A DNA stretch of 34,072 nucleotides from the sequence record SRR20825019_1848; one strand, written 5' to 3'. Within the stretch, counting starts at the first letter, position 1. Each line of letters begins with the position of its first letter. Below are positions 17,195 through 27,428 of the stretch, one piece after another. A program made the position numbers and the translations under genes. The notes under the pieces are model-generated. The model did no database searches. It was not told where the DNA came from and worked only from the letters and a program-made list of their open reading frames with translations.

Positions 17195-17941
17195 CTAGAA
17201 TTGTTGAACCAGCTCCGCATATTTTCTGAGAAGGGGCGTTTTTTCAAACAGGCGGTCAACCCGTTTGGTATAGGCAAAGGCGTTTGCGACATAGGCCCTG
17301 TCTTGCGCGGTCAGGCCCACCTGTTGGTGTTTTGCCAGAAACCGCGGGTGAAGCAGGCTCAGCAGTGTCCACAACGATAGTGGTTCGTTGCTTTCATTAC
17401 CGGTAGCTTCGCCGCCGGTAGCCTCAGGTTTTGGGGCCTGCCACATCTTGAGGATGGTGTTGGCCGTTAGCGGCGTCTGTTTTGCGGGCGCAGGCGCGCG
17501 TTGTTTCAACATGCCCTGCGGCACGTTTGCCAGAAGCCATGCTCCCCTTGCTTTCATGTCTGCGACATGGCCGAGCGCGCTTTCAAGGTCATTGCTGCCG
17601 TTCAGAACACCGCGTGTTAGCGAGCATAAATAACTGCGGCACGCGCCGGGGCGCGTTTCATAAATGGAGCATGATGTGCCTGACAGCGCAGCACAGGGCT
17701 GGCTGAAGATGGTTTTGCCGTCTTTGTCTGCGCGGATTTTGATTGGTGTGCCCTTCAGGGCTTCAACGTCTTTTTCCTTCAGGGCAACAAAGGAAAACAG
17801 CGCGCCATTGCAGCACAAGCCGCAGGTTTGGCACAACACGGCAGATTGCTGCGCGGAAACTATCTCCGGATGCTGTGCCTCTATGCTGTTTTCCTCAACG
17901 TCCACAGTTGGTTCTGCCCGTTCGGTGTATTGCGTATACAC
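17195..17941 (-). CDS. YkgJ-family cysteine-cluster (Zn/Fe-chelating) protein
   Basis: LCQTCGLCCNG...QPCAAL...CSIYETRPGACRSYLC. Exact start uncertain. Confidence 0.85.
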   Translation of the reverse strand: MYTQYTERAEPTVDVEENSIEAQHPEIVSAQQSAVLCQTCGLCCNGALFSFVALKEKDVEALKGTPIKIRADKDGKTIFSQPCAALSGTSCSIYETRPGACRSYLCSLTRGVLNGSNDLESALGHVADMKARGAWLLANVPQGMLKQRAPAPAKQTPLTANTILKMWQAPKPEATGGEATGNESNEPLSLWTLLSLLHPRFLAKHQQVGLTAQDRAYVANAFAYTKRVDRLFEKTPLLRKYAELVQQF

Positions 17942-17950
17942 CAGTACATA

Positions 17951-18580
17951 TCACGCTTCACTTTTCCGCGCGATGATGAACACGGCCTTCTTGGGGCCGG
18001 GGCGCCAGTTGTGTTCAAGGGTAAAACCAGCACTTGTGATCATGCTTTCAAGCTCCTCCTCTTTCAGGAAACCCACATGTGGCGGTGCATACCCAACCAG
18101 GCGCGCGATAGGCAGGATGTATTTGAAGAATCCCAAGCCGTCCTGAAGGCATACGGTGCTGGAGACAAACAAACCGCCGGGTTTGAGCATTTTGTGCACA
18201 CTGGCAACTGTTGCTTCGGGTTCCGGCAACAGGTGCAGGATCGAATGCGCCATCACCATGTCAGTGCTGCCATCCGGCACGGTCAGCTCGTCAATCGGCG
18301 AGCATTCAAACGTCACATTTGTGATGCCTTGGGCTCCGGCCTTCTCCCGCGCGATGGCGAGCATGTTCTCAGAGATATCAGTGGCGAGGATATGTTTCAC
18401 GTGTGGCGCATGCAAAAGGGCTGTGCTGCCAGTGCCGCAGGCGATCTCAACCACCTCCATCTCAGGGGTGAAGTAACTGCGGGTAAGCTCTAATTTGTGT
18501 TCATAGGATGCCTGATCGGCAATGGATGACTTCGCATAACCTTTGGCCATACGGTTCCAGAATTTCGCTGTCGCGCTCAT
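17951..18580 (-). CDS. Class I SAM-dependent methyltransferase
   Basis: FWNRMAKGY, VVEIACGTG, TDISENML, ILHLL, LKPGGLFVS. Start set at ATG 18580. Confidence 0.92.
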   Translation of the reverse strand: MSATAKFWNRMAKGYAKSSIADQASYEHKLELTRSYFTPEMEVVEIACGTGSTALLHAPHVKHILATDISENMLAIAREKAGAQGITNVTFECSPIDELTVPDGSTDMVMAHSILHLLPEPEATVASVHKMLKPGGLFVSSTVCLQDGLGFFKYILPIARLVGYAPPHVGFLKEEELESMITSAGFTLEHNWRPGPKKAVFIIARKSEA

Positions 18581-18672
18581 GATGTTCCCCCATCTGTCGC
18601 TTGTTATATAAATCGATTGCAAGACTTATGTGGGGATTGGGGCGGGAATGTGTAGGGGCGCCGCATATCTTT

Positions 18673-19854
18673 CTATACTTGCCGGCTTGTTCGAGCCAGC
18701 ACGGTTATTGTCAGGGCACTCAGGAGTATGCACCCAGGCCATATGAAGCCAAGACCGCCGTGCGAGAGTGCTATACTCCCCGCCGAGGCGCCTATAGCGA
18801 TGCCGAGATTGCATACGGCGATATTAAGAGAAAGGGCGAACGCGCGCGCCTGAGGCGTGGCTTGCATTACCCTGATTTGGCACGCGAGGAAACTGCCAGA
18901 ATGGGCGGTACCCCATAAGGCGAATAACAAAAGGTTCAGCCATGCCCCGTTTGTTACGACGCTGAGCATGGCGGTGCAAAGCGCGACAGCAGTGGTAAGG
19001 ATGCCGGTAGTAAGCCTTGGGTGCTTTTCTACGTGGTGAGCTGCCAGGCTGTTGCCCCAAATGCCGGCAATGCCAAAAAGGAGTAAAACCAGCGATGCCA
19101 CGGTTTCGTTCGTTCCGAGAAATGCAGTACCAAACGCGTGGTTGATGAACAGCCGGATAAAGCTATAAGGCATAAAAAGAACAGCAAATGTGAGTGCCGA
19201 AGCAGCAAGGTGCCGCAATACCATCGGCTGTTTCAGAATACCCAGTTGGTTCGCGATGCTGCTGGTTTGTGATGCCGGTACAGGCGTGGAAGGCAGCAGA
19301 ACATGCGTGAGCAGGGAAGCTCCAGCAAGCAGGAGAAAGAGCACTGTAAGCCCAAGGTATGCTTCAAGCGCGATAAAGGCAGGCACGACAAACACAATAC
19401 CCATGATGGTGCCGAGATTAACACGAGCCACAGCGAGAATTTTGTCTTTAGGTGGCGCTAGTTCCGCCGCGAGTGCACTGGCGACGCTGATAAAAGGGGT
19501 AAGGAGAGCACCCTGCAATATACGGATGCCGCCATGGAGCCAGAGGTTTGGTACCATAGCCAATGCGAGATGGCTGAGCATAAGTGCCAGCATGCACCTC
19601 TTCAACACGACAGTCGGGCTATAATCAGACCAGACAAGTGTTAATAGAGGCCCCAGGATTGCGGCAGATAACGCAAAAAGCGAGATGAGTATGCTGGCGT
19701 GACTTTCTGTAATCTGTAGGGAGACTGCTATCGCGGGCAGCGCCCCCACAAACAGGAATTCCGTTGTGACAATGACCGCCGCACCAAGTGCGAGCGGAAA
19801 CACCGTCGGACGCGTTGTGGGGGAGACGCCAACTTTCATGCCAGGCCTGGCCAT
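18673..19854 (-). CDS. MFS transporter (DHA1/AraJ-like efflux)
   Basis: TTEFLFVGALPAIAVSL, about 12 hydrophobic segments, NIAVCNLGIAIGASAG. Start 4 nt after the SDR stop. Confidence 0.88.
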   Translation of the reverse strand: MARPGMKVGVSPTTRPTVFPLALGAAVIVTTEFLFVGALPAIAVSLQITESHASILISLFALSAAILGPLLTLVWSDYSPTVVLKRCMLALMLSHLALAMVPNLWLHGGIRILQGALLTPFISVASALAAELAPPKDKILAVARVNLGTIMGIVFVVPAFIALEAYLGLTVLFLLLAGASLLTHVLLPSTPVPASQTSSIANQLGILKQPMVLRHLAASALTFAVLFMPYSFIRLFINHAFGTAFLGTNETVASLVLLLFGIAGIWGNSLAAHHVEKHPRLTTGILTTAVALCTAMLSVVTNGAWLNLLLFALWGTAHSGSFLACQIRVMQATPQARAFALSLNIAVCNLGIAIGASAGSIALSHGGLGFIWPGCILLSALTITVLARTSRQV

Positions 19855-19858
19855 CAGA

Positions 19859-20599
19859 TTAGGCGTTGGCTCCGTGGTCGATCGTATATTCAGCCCCAGT
19901 GATAGCACGCGCCTCCGGGCTTGCGAGCCACGCGATCAGTGCTGCGACATCTTCCGGATCGCTGAAGCGGCGAATGGCCATCATATCGAGCTGGCTAGCG
20001 GCTGCTTCATCGTCTGCTGGGTTCATATCGGTGTTGGTTGATCCAGGATGCACAATGTTGACGGTAATGCCTCGGGGACCAAGGTCGCGGGCAAGTGCCT
20101 TGGTGAGGCCTGTAAGTGCGGCTTTGCTGAGCGAATATAAGGTAAGGCCTTCAAAAGGCGCGCGCACAGCCAACGTGCTGCCAATGTTGATGATGCGGCC
20201 GCTATCACTCATAAGGTGTGCAGCAGCGAGGCAGGCTTCATACACGGCACGAATGTTAACGTTCGCCGTTCGGTCATAATCAGCCATGGTAAAATCCAGA
20301 ACGGGTTTTACATCGAAGATGCCAGCGTTGTTCACCACAATGTCAAGCGCACCATAGGCCGCGTGCGCTGCCTCAACCGCTGACGTGACAGCGCCGTTCT
20401 CAGCGTTATCTGCCTGCAGGGCCAAAGCTTTCAGGCCATTTTCTTCAAGCTCGGCGACCAAGGCGTTTGCCTTCGTTTCGTTCGAGTTGAAGGTAAAGGC
20501 AACGCTTGCGCCCTGATGGGCAAGAGCCCGCACGGTGGCGGCTCCGATACCGCGGCTTCCACCGGTTACAAAGGCTACTTTACTGTCGAGAGTTTGCAT
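19859..20599 (-). CDS. Short-chain dehydrogenase/reductase (BdcA-like)
   Basis: TGGSRGIG, VNNAG, YSLSK, VNIVHPGSTNTDMNP. Confidence 0.93.
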   Translation of the reverse strand: MQTLDSKVAFVTGGSRGIGAATVRALAHQGASVAFTFNSNETKANALVAELEENGLKALALQADNAENGAVTSAVEAAHAAYGALDIVVNNAGIFDVKPVLDFTMADYDRTANVNIRAVYEACLAAAHLMSDSGRIINIGSTLAVRAPFEGLTLYSLSKAALTGLTKALARDLGPRGITVNIVHPGSTNTDMNPADDEAAASQLDMMAIRRFSDPEDVAALIAWLASPEARAITGAEYTIDHGANA

Positions 20600-20612
20600 G
20601 GGGGTATCCTCA

Positions 20613-20638
20613 ATTTATGTATTGATCGATACATAAAT
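20613..20638. promoter_or_regulatory. TetR operator 1
   Basis: Near-perfect palindrome ATTTATGTAT-TGATCG-ATACATAAAT. Confidence 0.8.
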
Positions 20639-20665
20639 GTACCGCTTGTCTCATACCGTCAAGTG

Positions 20666-20691
20666 ATTTATTTATTGATCGATACAAAATA
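20666..20691. promoter_or_regulatory. TetR operator 2
   Basis: ATTTATTTATTGATCGATACAAAATA, 22/26 identical to operator 1. Confidence 0.75.
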
Positions 20692-20702
20692 AGGAGAAGC
20701 CG

Positions 20703-21308
20703 ATGGCTATGAGAGGAAGGCCGCGCGCGTATGATCGCGAGGATGCGCTGAGAAAGGCGATGCACGTTTTCTGGGCCAAGGGCTTTGAAGGTGCTTCGTT
20801 GAGTGATCTGACTACCGCCATGGCATTAAAGCCGCCCAGCCTTTATGCAGCGTTTGGCAGCAAGGAAGGGCTTTTTGAAGAGGCGATTTCCCTTTATTCA
20901 AAGGAGGAGGGAAGCGGAATCTGGGATATGCTCTCGGTAGCTGAAACAGCTTTTGATGCGGTACGTCATGTACTTGTGGCGTCCGCGAATGCCTTCACCC
21001 AAAGTGACCATCCCAGAGGGTGCATGATTGTTTTGGCCGCGCCACAACCGAACGGAGCCAACCAGAAAGTGTGTGACGCGCTCAGGGCTCTGCGGGCACA
21101 AAACATAACACTTCTGGAAGAGCGTTTTGAGCAGGCAAAGGCAGCGGGTGAAATCTGTGAGGGAGCGGATACGCATGCTATTGCGGCATATTATGTGTCT
21201 GTACAGCACGGTATGACATTTACGGCGCGGGACGGTGCTTCACGAGAGACCCTTCTCGCGGTAGCGCACTGCGCCCTCGCGGCGTGGCCTGCTTTAACTC
21301 AGGCCTAA
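20703..21308 (+). CDS. TetR/AcrR family regulator (ComR/BdcR-like)
   Basis: RGRPRAYDRE.AL..AMHVFWAKGFEGASLSDLTTAM...PSLYAAFGSKEGLF, PRGCMIV; AAGGAG RBS. Confidence 0.93.
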   Translation: MAMRGRPRAYDREDALRKAMHVFWAKGFEGASLSDLTTAMALKPPSLYAAFGSKEGLFEEAISLYSKEEGSGIWDMLSVAETAFDAVRHVLVASANAFTQSDHPRGCMIVLAAPQPNGANQKVCDALRALRAQNITLLEERFEQAKAAGEICEGADTHAIAAYYVSVQHGMTFTARDGASRETLLAVAHCALAAWPALTQA

Positions 21309-21682
21309 GACGGCGAGCCCCCGCGTGTGCTTTTTTGCCTGCGTTCTTTCAGCCGGTGGCCGACGCTCACAATGGCGGCAATGGCGGGCTGAAGCTCAGC
21401 GCCCAGATCGGTCAGCGAATATTCCACCGTTGGTGGGGAGGTGGGCATCACCCTGCGCTTTACGACGCCATCCGCCTCAAGCTTTTTCAGCCGTGTGGTG
21501 AGCATTTTGGCAGAGACGCCGGGGATATCATCCTTCAGCTCGCTAAAGCGGCGCGGGCCTTCGCTCAGTTGCAAGATGATGTTGGGCGTCCAGGCACCGC
21601 CAATGATCGCGAGGCAGCTGTTGAGCGGGCATTCATGCGGTGGTGGGGCCACCTTGCTTTTGCGTCTTGTGAGCATATCCAT
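21305..21682 (-). CDS. HxlR/DUF24 winged-helix regulator
   Basis: CPLNSCLAIIGGAWT, RRFSELK..IPGVSAKMLTTRLKKLE, PPTVEYSLT..G.EL. Confidence 0.93.
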   Translation of the reverse strand: MDMLTRRKSKVAPPPHECPLNSCLAIIGGAWTPNIILQLSEGPRRFSELKDDIPGVSAKMLTTRLKKLEADGVVKRRVMPTSPPTVEYSLTDLGAELQPAIAAIVSVGHRLKERRQKSTRGGSPS

Positions 21683-21739
21683 CTCGCGGACATCAATAAA
21701 AATGTAATATTCATAGATAGTTACGGTCTGGTGACCTAC

Positions 21740-21753
21740 TTACCATATGGTAA
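21740..21753. promoter_or_regulatory. Perfect 14-bp palindrome, probable HxlR-family operator
   Basis: TTACCATATGGTAA in the divergent intergenic region. Confidence 0.65.
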
Positions 21754-21846
21754 CTTATAAATACCTGGTTACTTCTTGAAACTTAGTATGCCGTGGTTAT
21801 CTCAATCCGTAAAGCTTGCTCACTTTATGGAAGGAGAACACGCCCC

Positions 21847-22932
21847 ATGTGGCAGAAAACACGCTTTACCGAAGCTGTCGGCATTCAGTATCCCATCATC
21901 CAGGGGCCTTTTGGTGGTGGCTTTTCGTCGACCGAGCTTGTGGCGGCGGTTTCAAACGCAGGCGGGCTTGGGTCCTTTGGGGCGCATAACCTCTCGGCAG
22001 ATGAAATCCTCAGCGTTACACAGCAGATACGCGCAACAACAGATAAGCCGTTTGCGCTCAACCTCTGGGTTTCTGTGGTTGATGAGGGCGGTGAGGGGCT
22101 TGATGAGGCCGGTTATCAGAGCGCGGTAGAGTTTTTCCAGCCCTATTATGACGAGCTTGGCATGCAAGCACCGGGCATGCCCAAAGACCATGTGGAGCAA
22201 TATGAAGCACAGGTTGAGGCGCTGATTGCAGCCAGGCCAGCTGTGTTCAGTTTTGTGTTTGGTATTCCAAGCGCGGAGGTGCTGGCGCGGTGCCGGATAG
22301 CGGGCATTAAAACACTGGGTGCGGCCACAACCGTGGCGGAAGCGAAAGCGCTTGAGGCCGCAGGGGTTGATATGGTGCTGGCCACGGGCTTTGAAGCGGG
22401 TGGGCACCGGCCGTCTTTCATCAAACGAGCGGAAGAGAGCCTCGTCGGTACACTCCCTTTGGTGCCACAGGTGCGGGACGCCGTGGGCATTCCTGTGGTT
22501 GCTGCTGGCGGCATGGGTGATGCACGCGGTGTTGCGGCAGCGCTAACGCTTGGGGCTGACGCTGTGCAGCTTGGCACCGCCTTTCTCGCGTGTGCGGAAT
22601 CAAACACCACCGACCAGCACCGGGATTTGATTTTTGACACCGCCGCAGATGAGACCGTTCTTTCCCGCGCTTATACGGGCAGGCTTGCTCGCTTTTTGCC
22701 CAACCGCTTTGTGGCGGATGTAGAGAGGGTGAAAGCCTTCCTGCCGTTCCCGCTTCAGGCATGGTTCACCACCCCGCTTAAGAAAGCCGCCCTGAAGGCT
22801 GGTAAACCTGAGCTTGCTTCTTTTTACGCAGGGCAGGGCGCACCGCTCCTTAAATATCGCCGCGCAGCGGATGTCATGGGTGCGCTCACGGATGGCGTCA
22901 CACAGATTTTCAACAAACCCACAAACACTTAA
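21847..22932 (+). CDS. Nitronate monooxygenase family flavoprotein
   Basis: YPIIQGPFGG, VSNAGGLGS, GFEAGGHR, PVVAAGG, VQLGTAF, AGQG. AAGGAG RBS before ATG 21847. Confidence 0.92.
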   Translation: MWQKTRFTEAVGIQYPIIQGPFGGGFSSTELVAAVSNAGGLGSFGAHNLSADEILSVTQQIRATTDKPFALNLWVSVVDEGGEGLDEAGYQSAVEFFQPYYDELGMQAPGMPKDHVEQYEAQVEALIAARPAVFSFVFGIPSAEVLARCRIAGIKTLGAATTVAEAKALEAAGVDMVLATGFEAGGHRPSFIKRAEESLVGTLPLVPQVRDAVGIPVVAAGGMGDARGVAAALTLGADAVQLGTAFLACAESNTTDQHRDLIFDTAADETVLSRAYTGRLARFLPNRFVADVERVKAFLPFPLQAWFTTPLKKAALKAGKPELASFYAGQGAPLLKYRRAADVMGALTDGVTQIFNKPTNT

Positions 22933-22962
22933 ACCTAGTTAAAAATGAAAAAGGAGACAGAT

Positions 22963-23580
22963 ATGTATCAGCTTTATTATTCCCCCGGCGTCTGTTCGCT
23001 GGCGATCCACGCCCTGCTTATAGAACTGGGCCAGCCGTTTGAACTCATTAACAAAAGCGATGTTGAAGACTTTGCCACCATCAACCCGCTGGGGGCTGTG
23101 CCTGTGCTCAGGGACGGTGACATGCTGATCCGTGAAGGGGCTGCAATCGTGCTTCATCTTGTTGAGAAACACGGCAGTGACCTGTTGCCTGCGGCTGGCA
23201 CACCGGGGCGGGCAAACGCGCTGCAGTGGTTACTGTATGCTAACGCCACTGTGCACCCAGCCTACAGCAAGCTCTTTTTTGTGGCGCGGGCTCTGGACGG
23301 CGATGCGGCACAGGGTAAGGCGTTTGAGGCTGCGGCAGGTGCGGCTGCCAAGCTTTGGTCGTTGGTTGATAAACAACTCCAGGAAACCCGGTTCGTGACC
23401 GGTGACAAGGTCAGCATCGCCGATATCATGCTGACAGTTTACGCCAACTGGGGCGGCTATTTCCCTGTGGATATCCCACTTGGTGAAAATGTGCGCCGCA
23501 TGTTGGCAGAGGTATCTGCCCTACCGTCCTTCCAGCAAGCGTTGGGCGCTGAGGGGGTGGAGTATAAGGCTGCGGCCTAA
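22963..23580 (+). CDS. Glutathione S-transferase (beta-class-like)
   Basis: LYYSPGVCSL, INPLGAVPVL, SIADI. AAGGAG RBS before ATG 22963. Confidence 0.92.
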   Translation: MYQLYYSPGVCSLAIHALLIELGQPFELINKSDVEDFATINPLGAVPVLRDGDMLIREGAAIVLHLVEKHGSDLLPAAGTPGRANALQWLLYANATVHPAYSKLFFVARALDGDAAQGKAFEAAAGAAAKLWSLVDKQLQETRFVTGDKVSIADIMLTVYANWGGYFPVDIPLGENVRRMLAEVSALPSFQQALGAEGVEYKAAA

Positions 23581-23600
23581 AGCTCTGCGTTATTGAGTAT

Positions 23601-23638
23601 AAGCGCGCGCTGGCAAACGCTGGTGCGCGCTTCATTTT
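23601..23638 (+). terminator. Probable terminator hairpin after the GST gene
   Basis: AAGCGCGCGCTGGC-AAAC-GCTGGTGCGCGCTT followed by CATTTT. Confidence 0.5.
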
Positions 23639-23652
23639 AACGGCTGCTTAAC
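23637..23652 (+). promoter_or_regulatory. CtrA-binding consensus
   Basis: TTAA-CGGCTGC-TTAAC is an exact TTAA-N7-TTAAC, 35 bp upstream of the hybrid kinase start. Confidence 0.65.
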
Positions 23653-23687
23653 CGCTCTGACCTATAAGTGTTTGCGGGGTCAACGTA

Positions 23688-25694
23688 ATGGTGAGCATGC
23701 TAGAAAAATACAAAAAGCGTATCCTTGTTACCAGCGCCCTCTTCCTGATCGGGGGCGCAATCCTTTTCTATTTCCTTTTGCAGGCACAGGCGCAGGAACA
23801 TCATGCGCGGTCAACTGACCTTGTGTCGGAGTACCGAGCGGTTCTGGAAGAAAAACTCATCCAGAACCTGGCGCTGACGGCCAGCCTGAAGTCCTATATC
23901 TCCGTCGAACCCGAGATTGATCAGGCTCAATATGAGGCGTTCGCACGCGACCTTCTTACTCAGGAGAACCAGATCAGAAACATGGGTGCGGCCCGAGACC
24001 TGATTATCTCGCACATGTACCCCCTTGAGGGGAATGAAAAGGCTGTCGGGCTCAACTTCCGCACCAATATCAAGCAGTTTGAAATGGTTGAACGCGCGAT
24101 TGAAGAGAATACCACGGTCCTTGCTGGTCCTCTCACGCTTGTGCAAGGCGGGCAGGGTATTATCGCTCGACAGCCGGTTTTCCGGGCAAGTGACGGCACG
24201 CTGTGGGGTATGGTGTCTGTTGTGCTTGATGTGGACGCGTTGCTGACAGAGGTGCACGCGGTGTTGCCTGATGCCAAGCTCGCTATTCGCGGCAAGGATG
24301 CCCTTGGCAGTTCGGGGGACATGATCTTTGGCGACGAGACATTGTTTTCCAGTGATGCCGCGACGCTGTCGACACTGAAGCTGCCATCCGGTAGTTGGCA
24401 GCTTGCGGCGGAGGCCCCTTATGCACCAAGGCGGCACATTATCCGAGTGATCTTTTTGATGGGCGTTTGCCTTGCTTTTCTTTTTGCTGTCAGGTTTCTC
24501 AGGAAACAGGAAGCCTATGAGAATGAGCTTTTGCTTGCGAAGCGGGAAGCAGAAGCAGCCAGCTTGGAAAAATCCAAGTTCCTTGCGCATATGTCACACG
24601 AAATACGTACACCGATGAACGGCATGATTGGTGTGATTCAGCTTCTGGATCAGGAAAAATTATCTGCGGGACAGAGGGATTTGCTGGAGGCTGCCAAAAG
24701 CTCGGCCGATAACCTGATGCATGTGATTAGTGATATCCTTGATTTTTCCAAAATCGAGGCACGGCAATTGACCCTTGAGGAAGCCCCGTTTGTTCTGGAT
24801 AAGATCCTCAATTATATAGAACGCAATGCCCGCACCAGCCTTGGCGAGAAAGATGTGAAGTTTGAGCTGGTGCTTGAAGATGGCCTGCATCGTTTCTGGA
24901 TAGGGGACGAAACCCGCATCGGCCAGATATTGATGAACCTTGTCAGCAATGCGATTAAGTTTACCGATAAGGGCACGGTAAGTATCCGTGTTGCGTCACG
25001 CTATATGGACAACCAATCCATGCTCGAGTTTGTGGTGTCTGACACCGGTATTGGTATTAGTCAGGAGGAACAGAGCAAGATTTTCAGCTCATTTGTGCAG
25101 GCCGATGCGTCTATCAATCGGCGTTTTGGCGGTACCGGGTTGGGCCTTTCCATTGTGCGCAGTCTGATCGATCTGATGGGAGGTACGATCAAGCTTTATA
25201 GTAAAAAGGGGGAGGGTACGCTTTTCCGTATCAGTCTGCCGCTCAAGCAAGGTGAGCGGCGCCAGAAAGAACGTACACAGGACTCCGCCGCTGCCCCGGA
25301 CTTGCGGGGCCGCATGGTTCTGCACGCCGAGGACGTAGAGCTGAATTCTGTACTTTTCAGCAAGATGATGCGCCCCACGGGCTGCACCATCGTGCGCGCT
25401 ATCAACGGTGCGGACGCAATTGCGAAGATGCGCGAATGTGCGTTTGATATTGTTTTCATGGACATACAGATGCCGGAAATGGATGGCATTACGGCAACAC
25501 GGGAAATTCGCAAATTCAATGCAGATGTCCCTATTGTTGCGCTTACGGCAAACGTTACTCAGGGCGATGTGAAACTATACAATGAGTGTGGTTTTGCCGG
25601 GTTTCTCGCGAAACCCACGCGGCTCTCCGATCTATACAAGTTGCTGGCGTCACAGCCATTGCAGCCTCAGCCGGACCTGCCAGTCTCAATTTAG
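23688..25694 (+). CDS. Hybrid sensor histidine kinase/response regulator with CHASE-like periplasmic domain
   Basis: TM-periplasmic domain (YPLEGNEKAVGL...LAGPLTLVQGG)-TM; FLAHMSHEIRTPMNG; NLVSNAIKFT; DTGIG; GGTGLGL; receiver FMDIQMPEMDG...KP. Confidence 0.95.
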   Translation: MVSMLEKYKKRILVTSALFLIGGAILFYFLLQAQAQEHHARSTDLVSEYRAVLEEKLIQNLALTASLKSYISVEPEIDQAQYEAFARDLLTQENQIRNMGAARDLIISHMYPLEGNEKAVGLNFRTNIKQFEMVERAIEENTTVLAGPLTLVQGGQGIIARQPVFRASDGTLWGMVSVVLDVDALLTEVHAVLPDAKLAIRGKDALGSSGDMIFGDETLFSSDAATLSTLKLPSGSWQLAAEAPYAPRRHIIRVIFLMGVCLAFLFAVRFLRKQEAYENELLLAKREAEAASLEKSKFLAHMSHEIRTPMNGMIGVIQLLDQEKLSAGQRDLLEAAKSSADNLMHVISDILDFSKIEARQLTLEEAPFVLDKILNYIERNARTSLGEKDVKFELVLEDGLHRFWIGDETRIGQILMNLVSNAIKFTDKGTVSIRVASRYMDNQSMLEFVVSDTGIGISQEEQSKIFSSFVQADASINRRFGGTGLGLSIVRSLIDLMGGTIKLYSKKGEGTLFRISLPLKQGERRQKERTQDSAAAPDLRGRMVLHAEDVELNSVLFSKMMRPTGCTIVRAINGADAIAKMRECAFDIVFMDIQMPEMDGITATREIRKFNADVPIVALTANVTQGDVKLYNECGFAGFLAKPTRLSDLYKLLASQPLQPQPDLPVSI

Positions 25695-25715
25695 GCGATC
25701 AGCAGGGTCTATAGC

Positions 25716-27428
25716 TCAGATATAGTCGAAATCATCGTCTGATTTGTGAGTATCAAGGGGTTCTGGGTATTTGGGTAGTGTGAGATGTACCTTGGTGCCC
25801 TGGCCTTTTTCAGACTCGATCTTCATGTCGCCTTTCATAAGCAGCACAAAATGTTCAACCAGCGGAAGTCCAAGGCCGGTGCCTGAGCCCTCATCCTGCC
25901 GGATGTACATATGTCCGCTTACCTGGGCAAAGGGCTGCATGGCGACATCTATTTCCGCTTCGCTCATGCCAATGCCCGTATCGGCAATGGTGAGACAATA
26001 GTTGTCACCACATTCATAGGCATGAACGGAAACCTCACCGTCGGCCGGGGTGAATTTCACGGCGTTTGAAACAAGGTTGATGATAACCTGCTTGAGGATG
26101 CGCGTATCAGTCCTGACCTGAAGGCGAGGACAATCCAGGCTGAAGCGCAGGTTCTTGCGCTCAATGAATGGCTGGCTGAGTGCCGCGGCCGCCGTGACAA
26201 CCTCATCCAGCAGCGCGTCCCTGATTTGCAGTTCAAACCTGCCAGCCTCGAGCTTGGATAGGTCGAGAATATCATTGATGATATCAAGCAGGTGTTTGCC
26301 GCTATCGCAGATATAGGTGAGATATTCTTTTTCCTGCTCTGGCGTCACCGGGATATCGCCTTTCAGCATTTCGGAAAACCCAATCACAGCGTTCAGCGGT
26401 GTGCGTAGCTCGTGGCTCATGGAAGCGAGGAACTTGGATTTAGCGATATTGGCGGCCTCGGCCTCCTCCTTGGCGAAGGTCAGTTCCATCGTGCGTTCCA
26501 CCACCATCTGCTCCAACCGGTCCTTTTGCTCAGCCTGCAGAATATCGTGCTGTTTCATCTCTTCCAGCATGTCTAGGAAGGCGATTTGTAAGGTCGTTAA
26601 TTCGCTGGAATTGTGCTCTGAACTGGCGGATGCGATGGCAGAAAGGTCCTCGCTTTCCATCGCGTCATCAAGGCCGTTGGTGTAAATCTTCCGCGCGATG
26701 CGCGTGAGGGTGTCAAGTGGGGCAATCCATGCCCGAAGGAGGATGGATGCGACGGCAAGACCAAGAACGGCGAGGAAAGCGGCAACAAGCCCAGCACGGC
26801 TGATGAGCGTATCAATTTGTTCGTGCATTCGTTCGGTTGAAAGCCCGACCCGAACCATGCCAATGATATCCGAATGGGCCATGTTGCGGTCCATTTCTTC
26901 TGGCGTATCACTACCGGCAATGACATCGCGCAGCACGGGGGCGCCGATATGATAGCCGGGCATATCGGAAGAGCTGGCCGCTGCGTCGGAAAGCTTCTGA
27001 ATGACGATTTCTTTTGTAGCGAAGGTTTCCTCCAACAAGGTGTCGGCAACCTCCAGCGGTCTGATATCTTCAGGTAGACTGATGAGCATCACGCCGTCTG
27101 AGGCCACAACATCAATGTGTATGATGTCGGGGTCGAGCAGGTAGGGGGCCAGCGCTGTTTTAAGGAGCTCCCGGTCGGCTACCAGAAGCCCGAGTTTGAC
27201 GTTCTCTGCAATGCCAGCCGCAGCAACACGCCCGCGTTTTTCAAGATCAGCGGTCATGAGTTGGCTGGTGGTGCCGATAAATACCATCGCCATCATGCCG
27301 CCAACGGCGGCCACGAAAAGAACGAGAAAAGCGATAGCGCGTGTTCTGAGCGTAAAGCGGTCAACAAAGCTCCGCGCACTGGGGCGAGAGGAGGCCGGGA
27401 TCATGGGGGTATCGTCAGGTAAGCTCAT
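25716..27428 (-). CDS. Membrane sensor histidine kinase, PleC/DivJ-like
   Basis: Two TM helices, HAMP-like linker, [52 protein letters not shown]. Confidence 0.93.
   Translation of the reverse strand: MSLPDDTPMIPASSRPSARSFVDRFTLRTRAIAFLVLFVAAVGGMMAMVFIGTTSQLMTADLEKRGRVAAAGIAENVKLGLLVADRELLKTALAPYLLDPDIIHIDVVASDGVMLISLPEDIRPLEVADTLLEETFATKEIVIQKLSDAAASSSDMPGYHIGAPVLRDVIAGSDTPEEMDRNMAHSDIIGMVRVGLSTERMHEQIDTLISRAGLVAAFLAVLGLAVASILLRAWIAPLDTLTRIARKIYTNGLDDAMESEDLSAIASASSEHNSSELTTLQIAFLDMLEEMKQHDILQAEQKDRLEQMVVERTMELTFAKEEAEAANIAKSKFLASMSHELRTPLNAVIGFSEMLKGDIPVTPEQEKEYLTYICDSGKHLLDIINDILDLSKLEAGRFELQIRDALLDEVVTAAAALSQPFIERKNLRFSLDCPRLQVRTDTRILKQVIINLVSNAVKFTPADGEVSVHAYECGDNYCLTIADTGIGMSEAEIDVAMQPFAQVSGHMYIRQDEGSGTGLGLPLVEHFVLLMKGDMKIESEKGQGTKVHLTLPKYPEPLDTHKSDDDFDYI

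Noticed and set aside
23811-24590. 259-aa minus-strand ORF, and similar antisense ORFs at 17828-18493, 31770-32528 and 33176-33841
   Set aside because: Each lies fully opposite a well-supported gene; an expected by-product of GC-rich codon bias.
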